From: an uncultured Candidatus Saccharibacteria bacterium
GTDB taxonomy: Bacteria; Patescibacteriota; Saccharimonadia; Saccharimonadales; CAYVSP01
DNA: 64,000 bases
Reading direction: 5' to 3'
Assembly (NCBI GenBank): GCA_964584265.1
Contig: CAZOZI010000002.1
Location: forward strand, 66,340 to 130,339
Made by a program: the position numbers and the translations under genes. The notes beneath the pieces were generated by a model, which ran no database searches, was not told the origin of the DNA, and worked only from the letters and a program-made list of their open reading frames with translations. Shown here piece after piece: positions 38,968-47,337 of the stretch (position 1 is its first letter; each line of letters starts with the position of its first letter).

Positions 38968-40422
38968 CTAACTGATAACAAGATCTTTTTGAGGAGCTTT
39001 GGTAACTGTTTTGGCTGGAGCCTTGAGCTTGGACTTTACAAAGCTAAAGCCAAAGGTACTGCCCTTACCTTCTTGGCTTTTGAAGATAATGGCGCCACCC
39101 TGGGCGACAATAACCTTTTTTGCCATAAACAGACCAAGTCCTGTGCCATCCGGTCGGGCTTTTTTGGCATTGTCAGCCCGATAAAACTTAGTAAACAGAT
39201 GGTGCTGTTCCTCGCGCGGCACACCTAGGCCGTCGTCATTTACCGTAAATTCAACTGTGCTGGGCGTATTGTTAACCGAGATTGTAATGTGCCCCCCGCT
39301 CGGTGTGTAGTAAATAGCATTATCTATAAAGTTCATTATGACCTGACGTATTTTGTTTTCGTCGAGCATGAGGCTTGGAAATGCCTTAGGTTGATGGTAA
39401 ACCATCTCAAGCCCCCGGCCTTTGGCAGTTTCAACTAATTGCGCCACTTCGCCCTTGACCACCTCAGCTAGGTTAGTAGGCGTTGCTTCAATCACAAATT
39501 TGCCGGTTTTGAGGCGCGAGACATTCAAGAGGTCAGCAATTAAATAGACCATGCGCTGAGAACTGGTAAAGGCTTGCTCGAGCAATTTACTCTGTGTTTT
39601 ACTGACTTTACCGGCATCGCCTTCTAGCACCATGCTCATATAGCCTTTGACACTAGTTAACGGCGTACGTAACTGGTGTGAAGCCATGCTAATAAAGTCG
39701 TCCTTAGCTTCATCAAGCTCGCGCAATTTCTCGTTGGTTTTTTGTAGTTTTTTGAGCACCAATTGATTTTCCTCAAACAATAATCGGTTATCTAGCGCCA
39801 CGCCTACGGCTTCGCTTAGGCGCTCAAACAAGTTTGCATCGCTTCTATGCAGCTCGTGAACCTGGGAATTAAAACCAATGACAATGATTCCAACCAAGTG
39901 CTTGCGAGCCATTAACTTAGTTATATAAATAGTCTGGAGCGGCAAAGCTTCGCGCAAAGTTGAAATATGGTTAGTTTCTGTACCCAACAAGCTAGCTAGT
40001 TTTCTATCTGTTACGTGGGCTAGCTGTACTAGTCGAGAGCGTTCTTCTTTTTCAAACCACTCAGAAGTTGTGACAATGCGAAGGTTACGCAATGTCTCAT
40101 CGTCGTCAGGACGTAGTTTGCTTGCCGTACTCCACCCAAACGACTGTAAGTATGGATGATTGGGCGTCTTGCCAGCTATTGCTACAAAGGCGTAGTTAGA
40201 GTTTGTCAGAATAGCCTGCGAGATTTGGTTTCCCACTGTTTCTAGTGACTCGTGCGATTCGAGCACAAGCGTGTCAATCGTACGCAGCAAGGAGAGCGTA
40301 CGGTTTGTTTCAGCCAGCTCCAGGTTGCGGCGATACATTTCCTCAGTTACATGCTCAAGGTCTTGCTCAAGCTGTTTACGCCTTGTAAAAGGTCGCTTTA
40401 TGCGTGTTTGTTCAACCGCCAT
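38968..40422 (-). CDS. Cytoplasmic sensor histidine kinase (GAF-like sensor + HisKA + HATPase_c)
   Basis: 484 aa with H-box MASHQLRTPLTS and C-terminal N/G boxes (DNAIYYTP, DDGLGVP, GTGLGL). No TM segments. Confidence 0.85.
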   Translation of the reverse strand: MAVEQTRIKRPFTRRKQLEQDLEHVTEEMYRRNLELAETNRTLSLLRTIDTLVLESHESLETVGNQISQAILTNSNYAFVAIAGKTPNHPYLQSFGWSTASKLRPDDDETLRNLRIVTTSEWFEKEERSRLVQLAHVTDRKLASLLGTETNHISTLREALPLQTIYITKLMARKHLVGIIVIGFNSQVHELHRSDANLFERLSEAVGVALDNRLLFEENQLVLKKLQKTNEKLRELDEAKDDFISMASHQLRTPLTSVKGYMSMVLEGDAGKVSKTQSKLLEQAFTSSQRMVYLIADLLNVSRLKTGKFVIEATPTNLAEVVKGEVAQLVETAKGRGLEMVYHQPKAFPSLMLDENKIRQVIMNFIDNAIYYTPSGGHITISVNNTPSTVEFTVNDDGLGVPREEQHHLFTKFYRADNAKKARPDGTGLGLFMAKKVIVAQGGAIIFKSQEGKGSTFGFSFVKSKLKAPAKTVTKAPQKDLVIS

Positions 40423-40447
40423 GTCCTAATTGTAACCGCTTATGGCT

Positions 40448-40611
40448 GAATCCATTGCATATCTTACGTTCGTTAAGCGAAGGCTTGGTTGATGAGTGCA
40501 AGGTGCTCGTTATTGTGAGGAAGCGTATCCGTAAGATACGTTGACGAGCAAAACGAGTGCATTGTGCCATCGAGCAAGATTGAGGCTGAACGGAAGGTAT
40601 ACGATGGGTTC
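40448..40611 (+). repeat. Family A structured intergenic element, copy 3 (antisense to the flanking minus-strand genes)
   Basis: 164 nt. P1 GAATCCATTGCATATC/GGTATACGATGGGTTC (one mismatch, three G-U), P2 TGCTCGT/ACGAGCA, P3 CGTATC/GATACG, P4 CCATCG/CGATGG. Confidence 0.65.
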
Positions 40612-40613
40612 AC

Positions 40614-40895
40614 TTATCTTAAGCTTTGGGGTAATTCGCCAGGCTGCATCTGAGCTGTAATTTTGGCAGACGCCTCTTTACAGACCTCAACAGAAATCTG
40701 CCCAAATAGTTCTTTATACTTTTCGACTAGCTTATCTATAACACTCGGTTCATTGCCGGTAACGGTAACAACATGTTGTTTGCCCCACTCCAGTTTGATA
40801 CCGGTAACTTGTTTGGCTTGTTCAATAGCTACAGGTCCAATTATATTCTCTTGTTCTTCGATGATTTTTTGGGCGATCTGTGCGTAGTTATCCAT
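40614..40895 (-). CDS. Hypothetical small protein
   Basis: I prefer ATG at 40895 (MDNYAQIAQKIIEEQ...), which overlaps the upstream stop by 8 nt. The track start at 40967 would lie inside the upstream gene. Confidence 0.5.
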   Translation of the reverse strand: MDNYAQIAQKIIEEQENIIGPVAIEQAKQVTGIKLEWGKQHVVTVTGNEPSVIDKLVEKYKELFGQISVEVCKEASAKITAQMQPGELPQSLR

Positions 40896-41742
40896 TGGAG
40901 TTGCTCTCCATCTCCACAGTTTCAGTACTGACAGGTGCAGCGACAATTTTTCGTCGCACCCTATCAATCATTAAAATAGCAAAAGCCATAAGTCCGTAAG
41001 CAAAAACATAAAACAAGTCGTTTGAAGCAGCAGGTTGCCAGGTATCTTTGTAGGACTGGTATAGGAAGTTAAAGTCAGCGGCATATTGAACAACTAAAGC
41101 TAGTAAAACAATCGAGACTGATTTAAGCATTTTCCCGCCCGCCATCCTGCGTGCTTGCATGATAGCTATTAGACCAAGCAAAAAGTAAAACGCCTGAATA
41201 ATGGGATACGCTGCGTTGGTGAGAGAATAGATTGTACCACGATCATCATGCACTGCCAGGTGAAGGAATGCGACCCACATTAGCCACGCTAATCCTACTG
41301 TAAGTGCAATGCTAATAACCAATACCGTGCGCGGTTTGAATATACTCCCCTTATATACGATTACTCTTAACAAATTGACAATTGCGAGAATGTAGAAAAT
41401 ACCAGTTAAAAGAAAGGGTATATCGCCTACAGATGGAAAGGCTAATTCGACATTCCCTAATCTAAAGTAAAGGGCATAAATTAATTGACCTAGAAACTGC
41501 ATAAAAAGCCCGATTGCAAAAAAGCCGAGCGCTCGTCCAAAACTACTTTTGAATAATCCCCATTTTTTCGCAACTACTACGCCGGAGATTGCTCCTGTTG
41601 CGGCAATTAACCCATAAGAGTCTGTAAAATTATCGCGTGAGGGTGCATTAAAATGATTAATGCCAATCCACCAACCGATGTAGACGAGGAAAATTACAAT
41701 AGGCAAGTAAAGAGCTAGATTTTGCGAACGGCTATTTCTCAT
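40888..41742 (-). CDS. Hypothetical multi-pass membrane protein
   Basis: 284 aa with about 8 hydrophobic helices. Confidence 0.55.
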   Translation of the reverse strand: MRNSRSQNLALYLPIVIFLVYIGWWIGINHFNAPSRDNFTDSYGLIAATGAISGVVVAKKWGLFKSSFGRALGFFAIGLFMQFLGQLIYALYFRLGNVELAFPSVGDIPFLLTGIFYILAIVNLLRVIVYKGSIFKPRTVLVISIALTVGLAWLMWVAFLHLAVHDDRGTIYSLTNAAYPIIQAFYFLLGLIAIMQARRMAGGKMLKSVSIVLLALVVQYAADFNFLYQSYKDTWQPAASNDLFYVFAYGLMAFAILMIDRVRRKIVAAPVSTETVEMESNSNG

Positions 41743-41802
41743 TTGTTATAATCTCTAGTACCCTTTTAGGTATAGAATACTCTTTTTTAAAGCTTTATCA
41801 AT

Positions 41803-42723
41803 ATGACACAATGGCGAACAATTAAACGAGATGACCTGGAAACTCTAAGACAACATTATTTGCGGTTTGAACCCTATTGCCATTTAAATATCGTTGATAT
41901 GTGGAGCTACAGAGGCGGACCAAACCATTGGTTTAAAACCGGTGACACAGTAGTATACCAATTAAATGATTACATGGACAATTCGTACTATTTCACTCTT
42001 CTTGGCAAGGAATCTGCCAAACATGCAATTGTAGAATTATGTGAAAAAAACAAGCGTAAGAAAACATTAATTCTGAAATGTTTGCCTGAAGAGACCCTAA
42101 AAGCACTTGATGGATGGGATGCGCTTTTAGAATTCAAAGAAGATATTGATAATCACGATTATATTTTCAGTGTTGAATCTCTTGTTAAATTCAGCTCAAA
42201 GGAGTTAAAAAACAAACAGAAAATTTATAGACGTTTAGTGAAAATGCATCCCAACTTAAAAGTAAGGTTGTTAAATATTCAGGAGACTTCAGAACGACAA
42301 TTAATTTATAGAGTATATAAAAGATGGGTATTGCAAACTCACCCACCCGATTGGCATAAAGAGTATTTAGCTATAAAGCGAGCTCTGACCTTAAAAGGGG
42401 TCAATCTAATTTGTCTGGGCGTTTTTGATGGCCAAAAAATGGTTGGTTTCACCATTAATGAAGCCGAAAGCAATGGTTACTATCAGGCTTTCTTTGGTAA
42501 AGCAGATAGGTCTCATCATGGCCTGGGTTTGCTCTTGGAGCATGAAACTGCTAAGTATATGCAAAAGCATTATGGCTCACGCTTCATGAATCTTCAGTGT
42601 GATTCGGGCATTGAGGGTTTGCGTAATTATAAGACTTCTCTAGGCCCGCTTAGACACTTGAAAAAATACATCGTAACAATTGATAGCTCAAAGGCTAGAA
42701 GTTCCACCAAGCAGATCATATAA
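41803..42723 (+). CDS. DUF2156 / lysyl-PG-synthase C-terminal-like (GNAT-fold) protein
   Basis: 306 aa. The N-terminal pattern (LETLRQHYLRFEPYCHLNIVDMWSYRG) and length resemble stand-alone DUF2156 proteins. This assignment is from memory only. Confidence 0.4.
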   Translation: MTQWRTIKRDDLETLRQHYLRFEPYCHLNIVDMWSYRGGPNHWFKTGDTVVYQLNDYMDNSYYFTLLGKESAKHAIVELCEKNKRKKTLILKCLPEETLKALDGWDALLEFKEDIDNHDYIFSVESLVKFSSKELKNKQKIYRRLVKMHPNLKVRLLNIQETSERQLIYRVYKRWVLQTHPPDWHKEYLAIKRALTLKGVNLICLGVFDGQKMVGFTINEAESNGYYQAFFGKADRSHHGLGLLLEHETAKYMQKHYGSRFMNLQCDSGIEGLRNYKTSLGPLRHLKKYIVTIDSSKARSSTKQII

Positions 42724-42725
42724 AT

Positions 42726-43067
42726 TTAGAATCGACGGGACTCAATTTCGCTTGCCTGAAAATACTTTTTTGTAAAATCTATGGCCAACTCATCTTCAAA
42801 TTTTTTGCAAGTATAAATATCAACACTGAAGAATAATACTGGTTCGTCCCACGCATAAAAATGGGCGCCTGATGACTCCCAGTGAATCCATCCAGCCCAG
42901 CCAAACTTATCTGACTTATGGGTGACAGGTGGTAGTAAAGTTGTCATCCCTAAAACTCCCGAGAGTTCAGATAGATAGTCCTTTATGTGTTCATCATTTA
43001 TAGGATTCGCTGGTATTCCTTCTATAACCAATCGCTGTCTATAAATTGATGGTGCTAAATCTCTCAT
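42726..43067 (-). CDS. S-adenosylmethionine decarboxylase-like (SpeH/SpeD-type pyruvoyl enzyme fold) protein
   Basis: 113 aa. IHWESSGAHFYAWDEP...SVDIYTCKKF matches the AdoMetDC pattern (ES processing site ... D.F.C). Confidence 0.5.
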   Translation of the reverse strand: MRDLAPSIYRQRLVIEGIPANPINDEHIKDYLSELSGVLGMTTLLPPVTHKSDKFGWAGWIHWESSGAHFYAWDEPVLFFSVDIYTCKKFEDELAIDFTKKYFQASEIESRRF

Positions 43068-43129
43068 GTTTTTATTTTAGTACATTTGTTGGTAATGTCT
43101 CCTTCATAGTACCTGCTAATGTCTGGAAG

Positions 43130-44053
43130 TCAACTGTTAGTAGCAACTATAATCGTTCCAATAATCATTATTGCTACAGCCAGGATCTTTTGAGTTAAGT
43201 GCTTTTTATTTACATCTTCGTGTATGTATTTCGGAAGTAATCTAGAAAGTAGCAAACCAAGCAAAATTAAGTATATAGATTGTACACTCATAACTGCCTG
43301 TACCACAGCAATGGGTGCAAGAAACATGGCATAACGCATAGAGATTATGCCACCTAAATTTAGTACTTCATTAAAGGTGCTTGCGCCTATAGCAGTTCTC
43401 TTAAACTTTTTAGCCATAGCTATAAAAGCGTTGCGAGCCTTACTATGAAAGACCAATAGAAAGATACCAGCAATAACGCCCGCTGAATATTCATAGAATT
43501 GCGTGGGTAAGTAGGCGGTCTCCTTAGCAATCTTTTTGAACACTACGTCACTAACGGCTATTAAAAAACAAGCGATTAGCATTTTAACAAAAATATCTTT
43601 GTTAAATTTAAGGCTTCTGTTCTCGCTTTCAACGGTTAGGATAATTGAACCGCCAATGATCAGGCCCATAGCTGCAAGTTGTAAAACACTAAGATGTTCG
43701 CCCAAAAAGATAAGTGCCAAAACGTAGTTAAATACAACTATCATCTGGAATAGAATAGCCACAAGCGACGCGTCTGCAATTACTAAAGCCTTATAGTAAA
43801 AATAATAACCCCATAACACCAGTAAACCAGCGCTAATCGCTCCCAATGCATTTGCAATACCAAAACTCGTGATATCGTTACGCGCAATAAACCCTACAAA
43901 TATTAAGAAAGGTACACCCGCCAGCCCTGCTAATATTGTAATAACATAAGCCGGACTATCCTCAGTTACTTTTTCAATTAAATATTTGTCAACAAAATTG
44001 CAACCAGCAAAAAGCAACGGTGCCAAGAGTGCAAGTGGTATCCATGCTTCCAT
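43130..44053 (-). CDS. EamA/DMT-family transporter
   Basis: 307 aa with about 10 TM helices in two similar halves. Confidence 0.7.
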   Translation of the reverse strand: MEAWIPLALLAPLLFAGCNFVDKYLIEKVTEDSPAYVITILAGLAGVPFLIFVGFIARNDITSFGIANALGAISAGLLVLWGYYFYYKALVIADASLVAILFQMIVVFNYVLALIFLGEHLSVLQLAAMGLIIGGSIILTVESENRSLKFNKDIFVKMLIACFLIAVSDVVFKKIAKETAYLPTQFYEYSAGVIAGIFLLVFHSKARNAFIAMAKKFKRTAIGASTFNEVLNLGGIISMRYAMFLAPIAVVQAVMSVQSIYLILLGLLLSRLLPKYIHEDVNKKHLTQKILAVAIMIIGTIIVATNS

Positions 44054-44154
44054 TTACCTCAAGTATGTCATTGGCAACTTATTTTGCAAATGTTCAAAGC
44101 GAAACAAGAACTTTTATATACTTTGGCGTCCGATATATACTACCCGTAGAGATT

Positions 44155-44523
44155 ATGACGAAAATTGCAATTATTGAAGATGACCTGGCTATCAGCCAGA
44201 TGTACCGCATCAAGTTTGAGGCGGAGGGCTTTGAAGTTGAGACTGCCGAGAATGGCAAACTAGGCTTAGCACTATGTGAAAAGCTAAAACCAGATATTAT
44301 CCTACTCGATCTAATGATGCCCGAAATGCGTGGTGATGAAATGCTGGCTGCCCTCCGAAAGACTGACTGGGGCAAGCATATTAAGGTGGTCATTCTAACC
44401 AATATGGGCGAGCAAGAAGTACCTGAGGATGTTAAGAAGCTTGGAGTAGCCGCTGTTATTCTTAAGGCTGATATGACCCCGCGCCAAGTGGCTGAACTCG
44501 TTAAGACTACGCTTAAATCTTAA
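44155..44523 (+). CDS. Single-domain response regulator (CheY-like receiver)
   Basis: I prefer ATG at 44155 (MTKIAIIEDD...). It has the acidic pocket DD, the phospho-acceptor context ILLDLMMP, and a conserved K (ILKAD). The track start at 44020 overlaps the divergent transporter gene. Confidence 0.85.
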   Translation: MTKIAIIEDDLAISQMYRIKFEAEGFEVETAENGKLGLALCEKLKPDIILLDLMMPEMRGDEMLAALRKTDWGKHIKVVILTNMGEQEVPEDVKKLGVAAVILKADMTPRQVAELVKTTLKS

Positions 44524-44548
44524 GCTTGCTACAATATAATTAATGGCA

Positions 44549-44713
44549 AAAACTCCGCATTTGAGTGCAATGCAAGGAAGCGTCGAGAAACGTAGTGAGG
44601 TGTACATAAGGTACATTGAACAAGTATCGGAGACGCTGACACCGCAATACACCAAAAGCCTCAGTAGAGTGGCTAGCTTTGCTAGACAGCAGGCTGAGGC
44701 GGTGCGAGGTTTT
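44549..44713 (+). repeat. Family A structured intergenic element, copy 4, directly upstream of the murD-like gene
   Basis: 165 nt. P1 AAAACTCCGCA/TGCGAGGTTTT, P2 AGCGTC/GACGCT, P3 GTGTAC/GTACAT, P4 GCCTCAG/CTGAGGC. Confidence 0.75.
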
Positions 44714-44715
44714 GC

Positions 44716-46029
44716 ATGAGGATTGCAATTCTTGGTTATGGTGCTCAAGGTAAAGCCGCTTATGAATATTGGAATAAACTTGGTAGCGAACTAACTATCT
44801 GTGACAGCAATGCAGCACTCGCTACACCAAACGGGGTTCAAACCAAGCTCGGCCAAGATTATCTAAAAGACCTGGCGAAATTTGATCTGCTAGTCCGCAC
44901 GCCTGCCCTACATCCCCGTGACATAGTTGCAGCAAATCCTGACCAACCAAACATTCTTGATAAAGTCACAACTGTAACTAATGAATTTTTCAAGGTTTGC
45001 CCAACCAAAAATATCATTGGCGTTACTGGCACCAAGGGCAAAGGCACCACCAGCACGCTGATTGCCAAAATGCTAGAAGCCAGTGGTAAAAAGGTGCATT
45101 TGGGCGGCAATATAGGCACCCCACCACTAGATATGCTCAAAGCAGGAATCCAGCCAAATGATTGGTTAGTATTGGAGCTAGCCAACTTCCAGTTGATTGA
45201 CCTCAAAGCTTCCCCAGCTATAGCTGTCTGCCTTATGGTAGTACCGGAACATATGGATTGGCACAGTGATATGAACGACTATATCGCTGCTAAGCAACAG
45301 CTTTTTGCTCACCAATCATCAAGCAATGCAGCAATTTATTATGGACTCAATCCAACTTCGCAACATATTGCCAGTGTAAGCCCCGGCCAAAAAATCCCTT
45401 ACATGAAACATCCTGGAGCTGATGTAATAGAAAATGCCGTGGTTATCGACGGCCAAACCATCTGCAAAGTTGATAAGCTTAAATTGCTCGGCAAGCACAA
45501 CTGGCAAAATGTCTGTGCTGCCGTTACTACTGTCTGGCAGATAGATAAAAACGTTGAGGCTATACGTTCAGTCATCACCACATTCACGGGTCTTGAACAC
45601 CGCTTAGAATTAGTTCGTGAACTCAATGGTGTAACTTATTACAATGACTCATTCGCTTCTGTCCCAGATGCCACAATAGCCGCCATTAAAGCCATAGATC
45701 AACCAAAGGTGGTGATTGTCGGGGGATTTGAAAGAGGCTTAGATTTAACTGAACTCACCCAGGCTTTTGTGGCAAATCAAAGCACCATAAGTAAAGTTCT
45801 TTGTATCGGCGTAACCGGTTCTAAAGTTGCTGAATCTCTTAAGAAAGCTGGTTTCACCAACTATGAAGTCGTTGCAGAAAAAAGTATGAATAACATCGTC
45901 AAAAAGACACAGTCTACGGCTCAGTCTGGGGATGCGGTGCTTCTTTCACCTGGCTTTGCCAGTTTTGATATGTTCAAAAATTTTGAGGAACGTGGCCTGC
46001 AATTTAAAGAGGCGGTCAATGCACTATGA
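44716..46029 (+). CDS. murD: Mur ligase, MurD-like (UDP-MurNAc-L-Ala--glutamate ligase; possibly the L-Glu-adding MurD2 type)
   Basis: 437 aa with P-loop GVTGTKGKGTT and N-terminal ILGYGAQGKAAYEYW. It is 4-nt ATGA-coupled to the next gene. Confidence 0.75.
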   Translation: MRIAILGYGAQGKAAYEYWNKLGSELTICDSNAALATPNGVQTKLGQDYLKDLAKFDLLVRTPALHPRDIVAANPDQPNILDKVTTVTNEFFKVCPTKNIIGVTGTKGKGTTSTLIAKMLEASGKKVHLGGNIGTPPLDMLKAGIQPNDWLVLELANFQLIDLKASPAIAVCLMVVPEHMDWHSDMNDYIAAKQQLFAHQSSSNAAIYYGLNPTSQHIASVSPGQKIPYMKHPGADVIENAVVIDGQTICKVDKLKLLGKHNWQNVCAAVTTVWQIDKNVEAIRSVITTFTGLEHRLELVRELNGVTYYNDSFASVPDATIAAIKAIDQPKVVIVGGFERGLDLTELTQAFVANQSTISKVLCIGVTGSKVAESLKKAGFTNYEVVAEKSMNNIVKKTQSTAQSGDAVLLSPGFASFDMFKNFEERGLQFKEAVNAL

Positions 46030-47318
46030 GTAAATACAACACTTTTATGTTTAAAGATTATCAATTTGACATAGCCGCTAAAACCCTGCAACTACACTAC
46101 AGTTTTGACGAGCAACTCAACTTTAATGAGATATATAAATTTGATTTTGATTTCGTAGATTACAGCGAACATCAACTCGATATTGCTTTGCAAAGTTTGT
46201 TCTTAATGGCTGGCGTTTCGTATTATAAAACCTATTTGCCTCAGAAAATCGAATTCCAAATGCCCATCAGTCTTGATCAAGCTAGTCTCAACTTCTTTGC
46301 CAAAACCTACCAAAAAGGTCTGGGAGAATTCTTTTATACAAATCACCTTAATCCAAATACGCCTGTTCAGTTTCCGCCAAGTTCTGCTCACGCACAGCCT
46401 ATTGAAGCAGATGATAATAATGGATTATTGATTGGCATTGGGGGAGGTAAAGACTCTTTGTTAAGTGTAGAGCTTCTACGCGACCAGCCCAAAATAGCCA
46501 CCTGGAGCGTGGGACATCGCACACAACTCACACCACTAGTCGAAAAAATAGGTTTGCCACACTACTGGGTAGACCGCACGATTGACCCGAAGTTGCTGGA
46601 GCTGAAAAATAACCCAGATGCCTATAACGGCCATATCCCGATCTCTGCAATTCTGGCTTGCGTAGGTGTAATAGTGACAATCCTGACTGGCTATCGTGAC
46701 GTAGTGGTTTCCAATGAGAGCTCTGCCAGCGAACCAAATCTTATATATCAAGGCATACCGATTAACCACCAGTACTCTAAATCTCTCGAATTTGAGAAGG
46801 ACTTCCAGCAATTCCTAAAGTGTTATTATGGAGAAAGTCTACGTTATTATTCTTTCTTGCGACCATTGAGTGAACTACATATTGCCAAATTATTTGCACG
46901 AGTTGGGTTTGAAAAGTACAAAAGTGTGTTTAGCTCATGTAATCGAGCCTTTACTCAACACAGTGATCATATGTTTTGGTGTGGTGAGTGTCCCAAATGT
47001 GCATTTACTTTCTTAGCCCTAACGCCATTTATTGATCGAGAAAAACTAGAAGCCCTATTTGAGGGCAAAAATCTGCTATTGGATCAAAAGCTAGAGGCAA
47101 CCTATCGCCAGTTATTGGGCATTGAAGGCGACAAACCTTTAGATTGTGTCGGTGAGGTCAAAGAGTCACGTGCCGCGATGAGGCTAGCTCAGAAAATATA
47201 CCCAGAACTATCAAAATATCAATTCGAGATACCCAAAGAATATGACTATCTTGCTCTCTCGTCGCACAGTATGCCTGCAGAGCTTTTTGTAGTTTTTCAA
47301 GCAGCAATCAACTTCTAA
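46026..47318 (+). CDS. PP-loop ATPase-like protein with a CGECPKC motif, coupled to murD (candidate MurL-type epimerase)
   Basis: 430 aa with a GIGGGKDS PP-loop-like motif and FWCGECPKCAF. Start overlaps the murD stop. Confidence 0.4.
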   Translation: MSKYNTFMFKDYQFDIAAKTLQLHYSFDEQLNFNEIYKFDFDFVDYSEHQLDIALQSLFLMAGVSYYKTYLPQKIEFQMPISLDQASLNFFAKTYQKGLGEFFYTNHLNPNTPVQFPPSSAHAQPIEADDNNGLLIGIGGGKDSLLSVELLRDQPKIATWSVGHRTQLTPLVEKIGLPHYWVDRTIDPKLLELKNNPDAYNGHIPISAILACVGVIVTILTGYRDVVVSNESSASEPNLIYQGIPINHQYSKSLEFEKDFQQFLKCYYGESLRYYSFLRPLSELHIAKLFARVGFEKYKSVFSSCNRAFTQHSDHMFWCGECPKCAFTFLALTPFIDREKLEALFEGKNLLLDQKLEATYRQLLGIEGDKPLDCVGEVKESRAAMRLAQKIYPELSKYQFEIPKEYDYLALSSHSMPAELFVVFQAAINF

Positions 47319-47337
47319 GATTGCAAATTTTTATCAA

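Noticed and set aside
40488-40500. Hammerhead or C/D-box-like UGAUGAG in Family A copy 3
   Set aside because: The CUGAUGA-like core is present in only one of the six copies, where it arises from an AU insertion. No matching GAAA / helix III arrangement is present.
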